From the NCBI GenBank assembly GCA_937894085.1, contig CALCSG010000430.1:97-64096 (forward strand): DNA of 64,000 nucleotides, given 5' to 3'. This DNA comes from an uncultured Gammaproteobacteria bacterium (GTDB lineage: Bacteria; Pseudomonadota; Gammaproteobacteria; GCA-001735895). A program made the translations under genes and the position numbers. Positions 50,711-61,543 of the stretch are shown piece after piece (the first letter of the stretch is position 1; every line of letters begins with the position of its first letter). The notes beneath the pieces were generated by a model. It saw only the letters and a program-made list of their open reading frames with translations. It searched no databases and was not told the origin of the DNA.

Positions 50711-50841
50711 AAGTAAATTAATATATGATGATATACAAACCCTTGATTTAAATCAGATTTATAATGTATTTGAATTGACACGGGTTGAAAAAAAGGTATT
50801 GTAGCTGACTATAAAAATTATAAGTAAATAATCAGAATAAA

Positions 50842-51834
50842 TTGATAACAAAATGTGAGGATATACTCTTGTTTAAACAAAAATTTTCAAAGTTAAAAAT
50901 TACTGTTGCCATTCTGGCTGTATTTGGTAGTTCAGCTTCATCTGCCGATGTAACCCAGGATCTGGCAATACCTTCCGGTACTCCAACTGCCGACCAGATC
51001 ATGGATCAGGTTTATTATGTGAACCATTTTTATGGTTTTAAAAATTATGGTATTGGAGATGTCGGAGATAAAATTACCGTACTGGTCAACAAATCATCGG
51101 GTAAAAAACCGACGACCATAACGTTAGAAAGATATCTAAATAATAATTATGCAGATGATTCTTCCGTAAAAGCGCGCGACCTGGCTATTTTCCGTTCAGG
51201 AAAGTTACGTGGCACCGGGATGCTGATTACTGACTTTGATGATACAGCTAAAAATCAGTCTTATGCGATCTGGATACCTGCCTTACGTAAGATTCGTCGT
51301 TTTGCCGAGCCGGCTCATGATGATGCCTGGGGTGGAACTGATTTCTCTTTTGGTGATGTAACCTTACGTAAACCTCATCATGAAACTCATGAATTAATGG
51401 GTACTGAAACTTTCAAAGGATGTCTTGGCGCAATAACTCTGAACGAAGATGAAATGAATAAATACACCAGGGATCTACCTAAAGCTTCCTGTATTTCTGA
51501 TGGAAAAGAGGTTTATAAGGTAAAGAGTACTACCAAGTTTGAAAACTGGTGGTATGACAACAGAATCAGCTATATCGACACTAAATCTTTTGCTGATTAC
51601 AGAACTGATTTCTATAAAGATGGAAAACACATCAAGGTAATAGATCGTGACTGGCAGCCTACTGCCACCCAAAATGATCCGCGTCAGGTGGTATGGGGAT
51701 ACTGGTACGGTAAAACATTTGAGACTGACCACGAAACCTGGGCCGTTATTCCCCCTGAAGTTGTTACCTATGATGACGATAGCAAAGATCAGGATCTGTG
51801 GACTGAAAGAACCCTGCGTAAGATTAAACGTTAA
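50842..51834 (+). CDS. LolA-like outer-membrane lipoprotein-sorting family protein (DUF1329-like)
   Basis: Signal peptide. It sits directly upstream of the DUF1302 and RND genes, a conserved three-gene arrangement. Confidence 0.5.
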   Translation: MITKCEDILLFKQKFSKLKITVAILAVFGSSASSADVTQDLAIPSGTPTADQIMDQVYYVNHFYGFKNYGIGDVGDKITVLVNKSSGKKPTTITLERYLNNNYADDSSVKARDLAIFRSGKLRGTGMLITDFDDTAKNQSYAIWIPALRKIRRFAEPAHDDAWGGTDFSFGDVTLRKPHHETHELMGTETFKGCLGAITLNEDEMNKYTRDLPKASCISDGKEVYKVKSTTKFENWWYDNRISYIDTKSFADYRTDFYKDGKHIKVIDRDWQPTATQNDPRQVVWGYWYGKTFETDHETWAVIPPEVVTYDDDSKDQDLWTERTLRKIKR

Positions 51835-51930
51835 TACATAAAAAAGATGACGGACTGGTGGTTTATCTGCCAGTCCGCCAGTCGGCATACAATAAAATTA
51901 ACGAAATACCAAATAACTAGAGGATAAACC

Positions 51931-54069
51931 ATGTTGAAACCAAAACTTCTCGCTTCGGCGGTGGCCTTAGCCATTTTATTGCCGGGCGTTTCCTTCGCTG
52001 AATTAGAAATCAGTGGTGTAGCAAAAATTGAATATAGCTTGTTCACGTCTGATGGCCGCGTGACCGGTGCCACCGAAGATCATTCTGCCGGTGATGCCAT
52101 GAAAGCAGAATACGGTGTAAAACTGTTTATGAATGCCGATGTTGGCGAGTCATCGTCTTTTCATGCTGAATTATTACTGGCCGATGATGCAGAAGCTGCC
52201 AGTGATCGACTGGAAGGTGGAGAGCCATATTCGCAATATGAAATCTTACGCGAACTCTATCTTGATACCAGAGCAGTCGGTTGGGATTTTCGTCTGGGTA
52301 AACAGCAGGTGGTTTGGGGAACAGCCGATGGTATCAAATTACTGGATATCATTAACCCGACGGATTATCGTGAGTTGAATCAGAATGTTTCTGAAGATTC
52401 CCGTATTCCTGTTTGGATGATTAATGCTGAGAAATATTTTGACAGTGGTAATAGTGTTCAATTAATAGTATCCCAGGCTAAACCAAATATTATAGCTGGA
52501 CTTGATGAAGGTAGTGATAGCGGTGCGCCCTTTATTTTTAAGGGTGTAGATTCAATTACAGGTAAAAGAAATGGTTTCCTGAATATCGCTCCAGCTTTAT
52601 CAAAGGTTGCAAATAGTTTTTCTTTAGCAGCCGCTGGCGGTGGATTTGATACAGACGGAGATAATGCAGGTGATCCAAGCGCGCTCGGACTGGCTCCTTT
52701 TACTGGGCTTACTGTGGATGGATTTGCAAGTAATCCGTTCATCACTTTTAATCTTGATGGAAGTATGACACTTGTTGGTGGTACCAATGTGGGTGGGACT
52801 ATTCTGAATACATTTGCAGAGACACCTGGTGCTTATGGAGGAGTGCCAAGCAACGGTAATAATAACGTGACTAATTTAACAAATGCCACCTATTCAGCAC
52901 CCACTGCTGATGCAGCTTTTGAATATATGCCCAATGCGACATTTGCTACCTTTAATACCTTTGCAGGAACATTTAATGGAGCAACAGGTTTCTCTGGGTT
53001 TAATACTGAATATGTTAAAGAAGGTTATGATAATGAAGCTAATTTTGGATTTAGATACAAAGCTAGTACTGATTCTGGTTTGAATTACTCATTAAATTAT
53101 GCATATCATCTCGACTCCAACCCTGCTGTTAATATGTCTTGGCATGATTCAGTTACAGGTAAAGAACTTACTGTGCAAAGAGTCACGCAAGTTGACTCAA
53201 CTGGTGCAAGTGGCCTAGCTGGTTTTATGATGGATTTGACATCCAACGTTGCTGAGGCTGATGTTCCGAACGCAATAACTTCTATATCAGGTACTTCTTC
53301 ACCTCTTGATGGGCAAGCAAATAATTCTGTAGGTGTTTTAATACATGATGGTGCTGCTACACCAACTTATTATGGTGCATACAGTCCTAACGGTGCTGCC
53401 GCTTTATCCCCAAATACTATGACATTACGCTTTACTGAAACTTCTGAAAGGGTAAATAGTCTTGGAGGTTCATTTGACATGGCGCTGGATGGTACAAGTA
53501 TTCCTACTGTAATAAGAGGTGAATTTTTATTAGACAGTCAGGTGCAGGTGCCTGTACTGGATAAAAGGTTGCTTGCAATTGGAGACTTAGCTAATTCTCT
53601 TAAGACAGAAGAAACTGATTTCTTCAAATATGTTTTAGGTGTTGACTTAACGGTTGCAACCAATATGTTGGTAAGTACGCAGCTAATTCAATTTTATAAC
53701 CTGGACTTTATTGATGAGGAACGTACCTGTACTACTCAGGCAGGATTTGATTTCGACTGTTCTAAATATACTGGAGACCCATCTACATTACATTTAGGTA
53801 ATGGTTTGCAAAAAGGCGACGAAGTGGAAACCTTTATCTCTTTCTTCCTGTCCAAGCCTTTCGGTTCTGATGTACAACATCGCTGGAACAATATCATCAT
53901 CCATGAAAACGGTGGTGGTTACTGGAACCGTTTTGATGTTGAATACAGTTTCAATGATGAGATGGTAGGATCCATTGAGTACAATAAGTACTGGGGAGAA
54001 GAAGATACCATGTTTGGTCAGTTTGAAGATTCTTCAAATCTACAGCTTGGATTCAAGTATATATTCTAA
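51931..54069 (+). CDS. DUF1302-family outer-membrane beta-barrel protein
   Basis: Signal peptide and C-terminal terminal-Phe (GFKYIF). A long Gly/Asn/Thr-rich loop insertion is present. Confidence 0.55.
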   Translation: MLKPKLLASAVALAILLPGVSFAELEISGVAKIEYSLFTSDGRVTGATEDHSAGDAMKAEYGVKLFMNADVGESSSFHAELLLADDAEAASDRLEGGEPYSQYEILRELYLDTRAVGWDFRLGKQQVVWGTADGIKLLDIINPTDYRELNQNVSEDSRIPVWMINAEKYFDSGNSVQLIVSQAKPNIIAGLDEGSDSGAPFIFKGVDSITGKRNGFLNIAPALSKVANSFSLAAAGGGFDTDGDNAGDPSALGLAPFTGLTVDGFASNPFITFNLDGSMTLVGGTNVGGTILNTFAETPGAYGGVPSNGNNNVTNLTNATYSAPTADAAFEYMPNATFATFNTFAGTFNGATGFSGFNTEYVKEGYDNEANFGFRYKASTDSGLNYSLNYAYHLDSNPAVNMSWHDSVTGKELTVQRVTQVDSTGASGLAGFMMDLTSNVAEADVPNAITSISGTSSPLDGQANNSVGVLIHDGAATPTYYGAYSPNGAAALSPNTMTLRFTETSERVNSLGGSFDMALDGTSIPTVIRGEFLLDSQVQVPVLDKRLLAIGDLANSLKTEETDFFKYVLGVDLTVATNMLVSTQLIQFYNLDFIDEERTCTTQAGFDFDCSKYTGDPSTLHLGNGLQKGDEVETFISFFLSKPFGSDVQHRWNNIIIHENGGGYWNRFDVEYSFNDEMVGSIEYNKYWGEEDTMFGQFEDSSNLQLGFKYIF

Positions 54070-54087
54070 TAATAATAAAGCTTGATT

Positions 54088-54112
54088 AAGGGGGCTTGGC
54101 CCCCTTTTTTTT
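54088..54112 (+). terminator. rho-independent terminator
   Basis: aagggggcttggccccctt followed by a T-run. Confidence 0.7.
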
Positions 54113-54299
54113 CTAAATTTTTAGTTATATCAGGAAATAACGCATATTCTGTAAGTTACGAATAGTTTTCTTCCTGATAAAATTAACAGCTCGCTGATTC
54201 AGATCAAGACGGTTCTCTATTGTCAGATTAAGTCAGGGAGTACAACTAATTTTTTATCATTAATATAAAATATTTTAATGCTTTTTGAGGATAGATACA

Positions 54300-57044
54300 G
54301 TGAGTAGCACTAAAGCAGAAAAGAAATTATCGGCCAGATATGCAGCCTGGGTGATGCGTAACCGAATACTGGTCGTTTTGGTTGTATTGATAACAACCGT
54401 AGTAGCCGCTCTTCAAATCAAGCATCTCGATGTTCGAAATGATCCGGACACCTTGCTTCCACCCACCAATCGATATGTAGCTACCAATGCCTATGGCGAA
54501 CAGAAGTTTGGTATGGGTAATATTATGGTTTTAGGATTTATTCTGAAAGAACCGGGAGATATTTACCAGCCATGGTTTATCAATCTGGTCAAGGAAATCC
54601 ATGAAAAAATGATTGAGTTACCGAATTCTCGTGGTAACAATTTTATGGACCTGGCCGCTCAGAAAATTAAATACATGGGCGCCCAGGACGGTAGCCTGAT
54701 ATTTAAACGGTTGATTCCAACCTCGGGTATTTCTGATGACCCGGAGAAAGCAAAAGAAGAACTGGCATTTCTGAAAGAGGGTCTGGAAAACAACCCTGTT
54801 ATGGCGCCCATGTTGTTATACATGGAAGATGCTGCAGGTAATCGTTGTGAAACGTTTGGGCAGGCTGGATGTACCGCTCGTGGTACATTTATCATTGGTG
54901 ATTATGACGACGGTGTTAAAGAAGTTTACCTGCAATGGGTAACAGAGGTTAAAAATATAGCGGCCGAAGTCAATGCCAAATACGGTAATAAGGTTGAAAT
55001 GCTGGTTGCGGGAGAACCCTACTTCCTCGCACATATGTTGTATGACCTGGTTGACAAATGGTGGCTATTTGTAATTTCAGTAGTCATTGTGTTTGTCATT
55101 TTATGGTGGCAAAACAAAGGTTGGCGTGGCGCTGTGTTTCCTCTGCTAGGTGTGTTTGCTACGATTTCGCTAACACTGGGGTTAATGGGTTTTACCGCCT
55201 TTAAATTAACCACAATGATGGTACTCACACCGATGCTGTTACTTGCGGTCGGCACCGGGCACGCCGTGCAGGTGACGCGGCGCTACATGACGGAAATGTC
55301 GAACAGTCATGGTGATACTATGACAGCATCGAGAGAGGCGATTACCCATACTATCGTACCGGCGACTCTGGCAATTATTACAGATATGGTCGGTTTCGCC
55401 ACATTAGCCCTGGTCGATATCTCATTTTATAAGGCTTATGCTTATTTTGGTGTGTTTGGAATGGCGACATTGCTGATCACCACCACCACATTAATACCCG
55501 TATTAATGTCTTATTTTCCACCAAAAATTGATGCATCAAATAGTGAAATGCTTGAACCGTCTGCGATGGAGAATATGGCTGCTGGAAAAGTAACTTCTCT
55601 GATTATGGGGCCGGGAAAATGGGTCGTTGTATTAATCATAGGGTTACTAATTGGCTGGTCTGCAGTTATGACAGATATAAAAAATGGAACTATGGATGAT
55701 TTAATGCCGGGTGTAGAGAAAGGTATTAATTATTCACGAGCTGCCTTTAAGGATTCTTCTGTAGTGGTTAAGGATATCGTTAGATTAGGAGAGGTTATGC
55801 CGGGTGTTATATCCGTCAATATCCCTTTTACCAGCAGGGAGCCTATGTCACCACTTTGTAATGGCGAAGAAGATGCTGATGGCAACCTGTTACCGAAAGG
55901 TTGCTGGGATGAAGAGATGAAAGGCGCACGCGGCATTATGAATGATGCTGAGGTAATGGGGGCTATTGAAAAATTTGAAAACTGGATGCGTACCCAACCC
56001 AATATCGGCTTTACCGGTTCATATGTTCAATATATTCGTTTGACCAATATGCTGCTGTCATCAAAGGGTGGAAAAGGCGATGACATGAGTCTATTCCGTG
56101 TTCCCACTACCGAGTTACTTAAAAGCAGGATGGATATATACGGTGACCCGGAAGATCCTGAATATATTCCAGATGCTAATTTTATTGTGCAGAATTTTAA
56201 CGGTTTGCTGGAAGTTAATGTGAGTGATGGTGATCTGGATGCGTTTCTTGATTCTTCCAGCTGGAATTCAGCTATCGTAATGGGCTTTGTTGATACCATG
56301 GATCCAGTATTGACCAATATAGTAGTAAAGGACATACATAATTATTTACGTGAACATGCTGATGAGCCCGGTTTTAATAAAATAAAATTTGGTTTTGTTA
56401 AAGGAGATGTTGTTACGTTACCGGAAACCGGTGAAGTAGTGACTATTGAAGAAGGCACTGGATCTGCCGATCCTGGTGTTGGCGGATTCCTGGGAGCTAC
56501 TGAAGCATCCCGTGAAGTTTCTGTTGCTAACTGGTTAATTAGCCCGTTACAGACAGCGCTTGCTATCTTCCTTATTGTAGCTTTAATGTTTGGTTCTATA
56601 ACTGTTGCCCTGTCTCTGGTTATTTTACTGTTTATAACGCTTTTTGCTCAATATGGGATGGGAGCATACTTCACATCGGTTCAGAACTGGTCTGGAAACC
56701 TGGCATTTCATCTACTGGTGACTCTCAGTATTGCAATGGGGCTGGGAGTGGACTACTCCATTTACCTGGTGGAACGATTACGTGAAGAATACCAGTCTTC
56801 AATGGGCGACTGGCCCAAAACGGTTTACGAAACTTTACGAACAACCGGTGGTGCGGTACTCGCCTCAGTGATAGTGCTGCTGGGTAGTTTTATACCGCTG
56901 TTGTCGACCGATCTGGCGAATACCTGGGGATTGGGTATGTATATCAGTGAAGCCTTGATCATTGATGTATTCGTTGCCTTTACGTTTTTACCGATATTGA
57001 TTTACTGGATGAAACCTGGCTATATATTTAAAGCCAACAAGTAA
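54300..57044 (+). CDS. RND-superfamily exporter (MMPL/COG1033-like)
   Basis: Twelve transmembrane helices arranged as two six-TM bundles, each following a large periplasmic domain. A GTG start with a GAGG ribosome-binding site is preferred over the TTG at 54285. Confidence 0.8.
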   Translation: MSSTKAEKKLSARYAAWVMRNRILVVLVVLITTVVAALQIKHLDVRNDPDTLLPPTNRYVATNAYGEQKFGMGNIMVLGFILKEPGDIYQPWFINLVKEIHEKMIELPNSRGNNFMDLAAQKIKYMGAQDGSLIFKRLIPTSGISDDPEKAKEELAFLKEGLENNPVMAPMLLYMEDAAGNRCETFGQAGCTARGTFIIGDYDDGVKEVYLQWVTEVKNIAAEVNAKYGNKVEMLVAGEPYFLAHMLYDLVDKWWLFVISVVIVFVILWWQNKGWRGAVFPLLGVFATISLTLGLMGFTAFKLTTMMVLTPMLLLAVGTGHAVQVTRRYMTEMSNSHGDTMTASREAITHTIVPATLAIITDMVGFATLALVDISFYKAYAYFGVFGMATLLITTTTLIPVLMSYFPPKIDASNSEMLEPSAMENMAAGKVTSLIMGPGKWVVVLIIGLLIGWSAVMTDIKNGTMDDLMPGVEKGINYSRAAFKDSSVVVKDIVRLGEVMPGVISVNIPFTSREPMSPLCNGEEDADGNLLPKGCWDEEMKGARGIMNDAEVMGAIEKFENWMRTQPNIGFTGSYVQYIRLTNMLLSSKGGKGDDMSLFRVPTTELLKSRMDIYGDPEDPEYIPDANFIVQNFNGLLEVNVSDGDLDAFLDSSSWNSAIVMGFVDTMDPVLTNIVVKDIHNYLREHADEPGFNKIKFGFVKGDVVTLPETGEVVTIEEGTGSADPGVGGFLGATEASREVSVANWLISPLQTALAIFLIVALMFGSITVALSLVILLFITLFAQYGMGAYFTSVQNWSGNLAFHLLVTLSIAMGLGVDYSIYLVERLREEYQSSMGDWPKTVYETLRTTGGAVLASVIVLLGSFIPLLSTDLANTWGLGMYISEALIIDVFVAFTFLPILIYWMKPGYIFKANK

Positions 57045-57046
57045 TC

Positions 57047-57077
57047 AAAAAGCCCGGGAAACCGGGCTTTTTTTTGG
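57047..57077 (+). terminator. rho-independent terminator
   Basis: aaaaagcccgggaaaccgggc followed by a run of 9 T. Confidence 0.7.
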
Positions 57078-57096
57078 CCGGGAAAATGCTCCTGCA

Positions 57097-57400
57097 TTCC
57101 CGGCACTTCCGCCATCCGTGGCGGTCGCACGGGGATGTGCTTATGCTGGGAGGCCATGGATGGCAACGAGCAGTATTCGTTCAAATAGCGTTTCAGTAAA
57201 CGTTGCAGCGAACTTTAATTAGCACTGTTCAGCTTATGCCGGAATGCCGCAGGGAAGGGGTACCAAAAGTAGGCGCTTTAGGCGACGCAGGAGCAGTTTT
57301 TGCCAAGGTCATGGACATATAATTGCCCCGGCATTCCCGGCATTCCCGGCATTCCCGGCATTCCCGGCATTCCCGGCACTTCCGCCATCCATGGTGGTCG
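57097..57400. repeat. 36-bp direct repeats flanking a (CATTCCCGG)x5 microsatellite
   Basis: CATTCCCGGCACTTCCGCCATCC(G/A)TGG(C/T)GGTCGCAC occurs at 57097-57132 and 57365-57400. A perfect 9-bp repeat x5 lies at 57329-57378. GGATGGAATCTATT follows downstream. Confidence 0.7.
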
Positions 57401-57716
57401 CACATAAGTAGCGGCAACGGACCTGAGGATGGAATCTATTGTACAGTCAGTAGAATTTTCAAAATGGATAGCGGCTAACAGCATGCCGCTATGAAGTTTT
57501 CTGTTTCACTTGCCGATATAGATCGTAAACATGTAAAACAAACTTACTAAGTCATCTTGCTAATCAACTTATTTTATAGTGTTTTAAAATTATATATAAA
57601 TCTGCTATTTTTATGGACTTACTAAACAAAGAATAATGCTAGAATTATTTCATAATAAAAATCACTTTAATAAAGGGCGCTTTAATCCCTAAATTTTCTA
57701 CTTAAAGGTATAAATA

Positions 57717-58196
57717 ATGTTAAAAATATTAAGAATGTTTGTTTTTGTGCTGCCATTATTGATGGTGTCCGGAGTTTCTACCGCCGAGACTTCAAATGAA
57801 ATGATTATAGAAAAAGCCAGTCCACTCGGCTTCGATGAAACTGTGGATAGAATTAAATCGAACGCTAAAGCACTGGGCTGGAAAGTACCTGGAAAATGGA
57901 AACATGACTTTCAGAAAAATCTTATGAAAGTTACCGATGAAGATATAGGAAAGAATATTGTATTTTCTATGTGTGAACCGTGGGCAGCAGTGAAACTGTT
58001 AAAACATGATAAGTATAAAAAGTTTCTGTCGATGATGCCCTGCTCTTTTGCCGTATATGAACAATCAGACGGTAAAGTATATGTCTCTTTTATGAATATT
58101 CAATTGATGGGACAGATGTACAAAGGTGAAGCAGCGATAGAAGAACTGGTTAATGAACTGGGACCACAGATGGTCAAAATGGTTGATTTCAACTAG
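57717..58196 (+). CDS. DUF302-domain periplasmic protein
   Basis: Signal peptide and the conserved PCSFAVYE DUF302 signature. Confidence 0.6.
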   Translation: MLKILRMFVFVLPLLMVSGVSTAETSNEMIIEKASPLGFDETVDRIKSNAKALGWKVPGKWKHDFQKNLMKVTDEDIGKNIVFSMCEPWAAVKLLKHDKYKKFLSMMPCSFAVYEQSDGKVYVSFMNIQLMGQMYKGEAAIEELVNELGPQMVKMVDFN

Positions 58197-58251
58197 TTAT
58201 TTTAGACGGATCAATTGTAGCTACTGAAAACGCAGGCTGTCGAACCGGGAT

Positions 58252-58281
58252 AAACCACGTCAGGCGACGTGGTTTTTTTTG
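58252..58281 (+). terminator. rho-independent terminator
   Basis: ccacgtcaggcgacgtgg followed by a run of 8 T. Confidence 0.6.
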
Positions 58282-58448
58282 CAAGTATGGCGCGGTTCAT
58301 AGACGGGTAGTGACGCTCGAACTTGTTGGTGGAAGTAGTCAATCGGCCTCGGTAATGCTGTCATTTGTGAAGTAAAATCTGAAAAGCTGAAGGTCGAGCA
58401 CTGATCTGACGAAAAGGTATCAAAGCATACTTCAAATATTCCTTTTGG

Positions 58449-60326
58449 TTACAACCTGTAATGCGATACTAATTCCGTTAAATTGCTCGATATACTCTCG
58501 AACTCCTTGCCTGATAACATGACTTTGGATGAGTTCTCGGTTGTTTTTATGGTTGAAAGCGAAATATTGTTGATATTTTCCAGGATGTTTTCGGATGCCG
58601 AAGTCTGTCGTTCTGAAGCTGCAGCAATTTCTGAATTTAGATTAAACATTTGGTTTACCATTTCAGTAATCTGATCAAATGATGCAAGGGCTTCATTCAT
58701 GGTAGATACACCGGTTGAAGCATGTTCATTGCTTTGCTGCGTGATACTAACAGTATTCTCTACACCTTCATGCAGCTTTTCAATGAGCTTTTGAATTTCT
58801 TCAGTAGAGTCCTGTGTGCGTAAAGCCAGGGTACGAACTTCATCGGCGACTACCGCAAATCCCCTACCGTTTTCACCGGCTCTGGCAGCTTCTATGGCTG
58901 CATTAAGTGCCAGTAAATTAGTTTGCTCAGCAATTCCTCGAATGACATCCAGTACCTGGCTTATATCATTACTATTGATTTCCAGGTCTGTGGTGATTGA
59001 GGTGGATTTCTGCATATTAGTTGACAGACAGTTCATAGAAGAGGTTGCCAACTCAATTTTGCTTTTACCGCTGTGTGCATTGTTTTTTGCCTGTTCCGAT
59101 GAGGCCGCAGCAATGTGAATATTTTTATTGATATCCAGTGAAGAGTCGGTCAGCTGCTTGACTGCAGAGGCAATTTTATCAGACTGGATTTTCTGTTGGA
59201 CGGCCAATTCATTTGTTCCGCTAGCAATGGAGGAATTCGATTTTGCTGTTGCATGTAATTGTTGAGAAAGCTCTGGCAAGCTGCTAATTAGCTTCTTCAG
59301 GTCTTCGATGAAGTAATTAAACATACGACTGACATTTGTGATTTCATCTTTCCCAGACTGATCTAGCCGGATGGTCAAATCTATCTGCTTGTCACTGATA
59401 ATAGAGTCGAGGGGGTTGAAAATTTGAAGGCGTTTACATATGTGACTGGCCTGTAATAGTAACAGGCTTATCGTGACTAATATAAAAAGGAATAGTATTA
59501 AGGCCGATTGATAAACAGTGGCCTCTTGATGCTGTTGTATATTATTAGAGATGTCGATGCGCAGTTGATCTAATAGAGTTTCGGTTTGATGTACTGCATT
59601 ACGCATCTCTCCCTGTAAACCCTGATTTTGATCCAGTCCTTTTTGCTGATAACTTTCCACAAGCTTTGTGAAACCGTTCCGATAGTCATTCATATTAGTC
59701 AGTATTTTCTCTCTCGTTGACTGATCCATTTCAAGCTGTTTAAGATGAGTCAACACAATACTGAAGTTATTATCATATTTATCCAGGTATTTAGTCAGCT
59801 TACGTATGATAAAGTCTTTTTCATTGCGTCGTAGCATCAGCATATCGGCGGTTTGTTGAGGCAGGTTTAAGGTTTTAAAGTGTTTTTCAGCCTCATGTAC
59901 GGCTTTTCTAAGTTGACCACGTAAACCTTTTTCATGATCTAGACCTATTTTTTGTTGTATCTCGATAATATTGTCAAAACTTGCGGCATATTGATTAATA
60001 AATTGTTGGAGCTTCTTAATCTCTGTAACGTTTGAAAAGTTTTGTTGCTCGAGTAATTGCTTAAGCTGATTAATGTTAAAAACTAACTTACCTTTGTTAT
60101 CGTGAAATTTCTGCTGATATTTAAGCTGATTCCTTGCAAGAAAGTCTTTTTCATTTCTTCTGAGAGTTAACATACCGGAATTAGTACTTTCAATTAGAAG
60201 CAGGCTCTGATTAAGCTGTTGGTTTTTTTCGAATGCGCTAAATAAAGTATATGCCAGCATGATAGTGACAAGCATGACGATGCCAGCAATTGAATAAAGT
60301 TGGGTTTTTAGCATGATATTCTTCAT
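58449..60326 (-). CDS. methyl-accepting chemotaxis protein with internally duplicated helical sensor
   Basis: Signalling domain [31 protein letters not shown]. The N-terminal sensor holds two repeated modules, [13 protein letters not shown] and [13 protein letters not shown]. Confidence 0.85.
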   Translation of the reverse strand: MKNIMLKTQLYSIAGIVMLVTIMLAYTLFSAFEKNQQLNQSLLLIESTNSGMLTLRRNEKDFLARNQLKYQQKFHDNKGKLVFNINQLKQLLEQQNFSNVTEIKKLQQFINQYAASFDNIIEIQQKIGLDHEKGLRGQLRKAVHEAEKHFKTLNLPQQTADMLMLRRNEKDFIIRKLTKYLDKYDNNFSIVLTHLKQLEMDQSTREKILTNMNDYRNGFTKLVESYQQKGLDQNQGLQGEMRNAVHQTETLLDQLRIDISNNIQQHQEATVYQSALILFLFILVTISLLLLQASHICKRLQIFNPLDSIISDKQIDLTIRLDQSGKDEITNVSRMFNYFIEDLKKLISSLPELSQQLHATAKSNSSIASGTNELAVQQKIQSDKIASAVKQLTDSSLDINKNIHIAAASSEQAKNNAHSGKSKIELATSSMNCLSTNMQKSTSITTDLEINSNDISQVLDVIRGIAEQTNLLALNAAIEAARAGENGRGFAVVADEVRTLALRTQDSTEEIQKLIEKLHEGVENTVSITQQSNEHASTGVSTMNEALASFDQITEMVNQMFNLNSEIAAASERQTSASENILENINNISLSTIKTTENSSKVMLSGKEFESISSNLTELVSHYRL

Positions 60327-60482
60327 ATATGAACTCTCTGGTGTTATTACCTTCCACAGTTATAGTTATTTTTCGGTCAAATTCAGGATTTATTGAGTTA
60401 AATTTAAAATCCGGTCATTATTAAAGCAAATGCCAGTTAGGATCGGACTGTGTTAGCATTATTTCCTTTTATCTTTCTGTAT

Positions 60483-61499
60483 ATGTTACCAGCCACATTA
60501 AAATCTTCTGCCAGACCCGTTTACCTGTTATCCAGCGATGAACCGCTGTTAGTCAGGGAATGGCTGGATGCTGCTCGTAAATCTTTAAAGGAGTCGGGCT
60601 TTGAGGAATTTGTCAGCCATCAGGTCGAGTCGGGTTTTGACTGGAATGGATTGCTGGAAGATTGTCAGAGTCTATCTCTTTTCTGTGAAAAAAAATGCCA
60701 TGTGATTCGCTTTGCCAGCAATAAACCGGGGCAGGTGGGAGCTAAATTTATTGGCCAGATATGTGAGTTGCAACTGCAGGATATAGTTTTTATTCTGGTT
60801 ATGCCTAAACTGGACATGGCCTCGAAAAATAGCGCCTGGATGAAGAAAGTTATTAAAATAGGTGAAGCCGTCGAATTGAAACCGGTTTACGCGAATGAAC
60901 TGGCTGGCTGGGTAAGTCAACGAGCTTTATCTAAAGGTATTAGTCTTGATCATCAGGCGGCCATGTACCTGGCTGATTTGACGGAAGGTAATTTACTGGC
61001 GACCGATCAGGAGCTTGAAAAGCTGGCCCTCGCCTTTGAACCGAATGCAGCGCTTAGTCTTCAACAGATTAATGAAAGTATTTCACGTAGTTCGCGGTAT
61101 ACCCATTATTTACTGGTTGATGCCTGTCTGGCAGGGCAGTCCAGACGTGCAGTGAAAATATTACAGGGTTTGCAGCAGGAAGGTTTTCAACCTATACAGA
61201 TTCAGTATGCGGTACAAAATGCGATTGAAACCTTACTACAGTTAAAACTGGCACAACAGAATAACCGGTTGAATGCTTCAACCTGGCAGTCTCTACGAAT
61301 CTGGCAAAGTAAACAGCGGCTCTACAGTAGCGCATTATCCCGTCTTTCTTATCTGCAGATAGAGCGATTTTTACAAAGCTGTGCTACATTAGACCGCATT
61401 AATAAAGGTCAACAACAGCCTTTATATGTGGATGCAGACTGGATTGCGCTGAAGCAGTTAGTGAGCTCTTTTTGCGTCATTACCGAAGTCCGAAATTAA
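60483..61499 (+). CDS. holA: DNA polymerase III delta subunit
   Basis: PVYLLSSDEPLL is the delta N-terminal signature. The start is placed at MLPATL, while the ORF track begins at 60450. Confidence 0.8.
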   Translation: MLPATLKSSARPVYLLSSDEPLLVREWLDAARKSLKESGFEEFVSHQVESGFDWNGLLEDCQSLSLFCEKKCHVIRFASNKPGQVGAKFIGQICELQLQDIVFILVMPKLDMASKNSAWMKKVIKIGEAVELKPVYANELAGWVSQRALSKGISLDHQAAMYLADLTEGNLLATDQELEKLALAFEPNAALSLQQINESISRSSRYTHYLLVDACLAGQSRRAVKILQGLQQEGFQPIQIQYAVQNAIETLLQLKLAQQNNRLNASTWQSLRIWQSKQRLYSSALSRLSYLQIERFLQSCATLDRINKGQQQPLYVDADWIALKQLVSSFCVITEVRN

Positions 61500-61543
61500 C
61501 TTTAGATAGCATAATCTGTATTTAAATAGATGAGTAACAAATC

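Noticed and set aside
57329-57378. Possible CRISPR array
   Set aside because: A perfect 9-bp tandem repeat with no spacers is a microsatellite, not a CRISPR array. No other repeat-spacer structures occur in the window.
57229-57484. ORFs 57229-57417 and 57278-57484, translating as RECRECREC... and PGMPGMPGM...
   Set aside because: They are generated by the (CATTCCCGG)x5 microsatellite. There is no ribosome-binding site and the codon usage is not gene-like.
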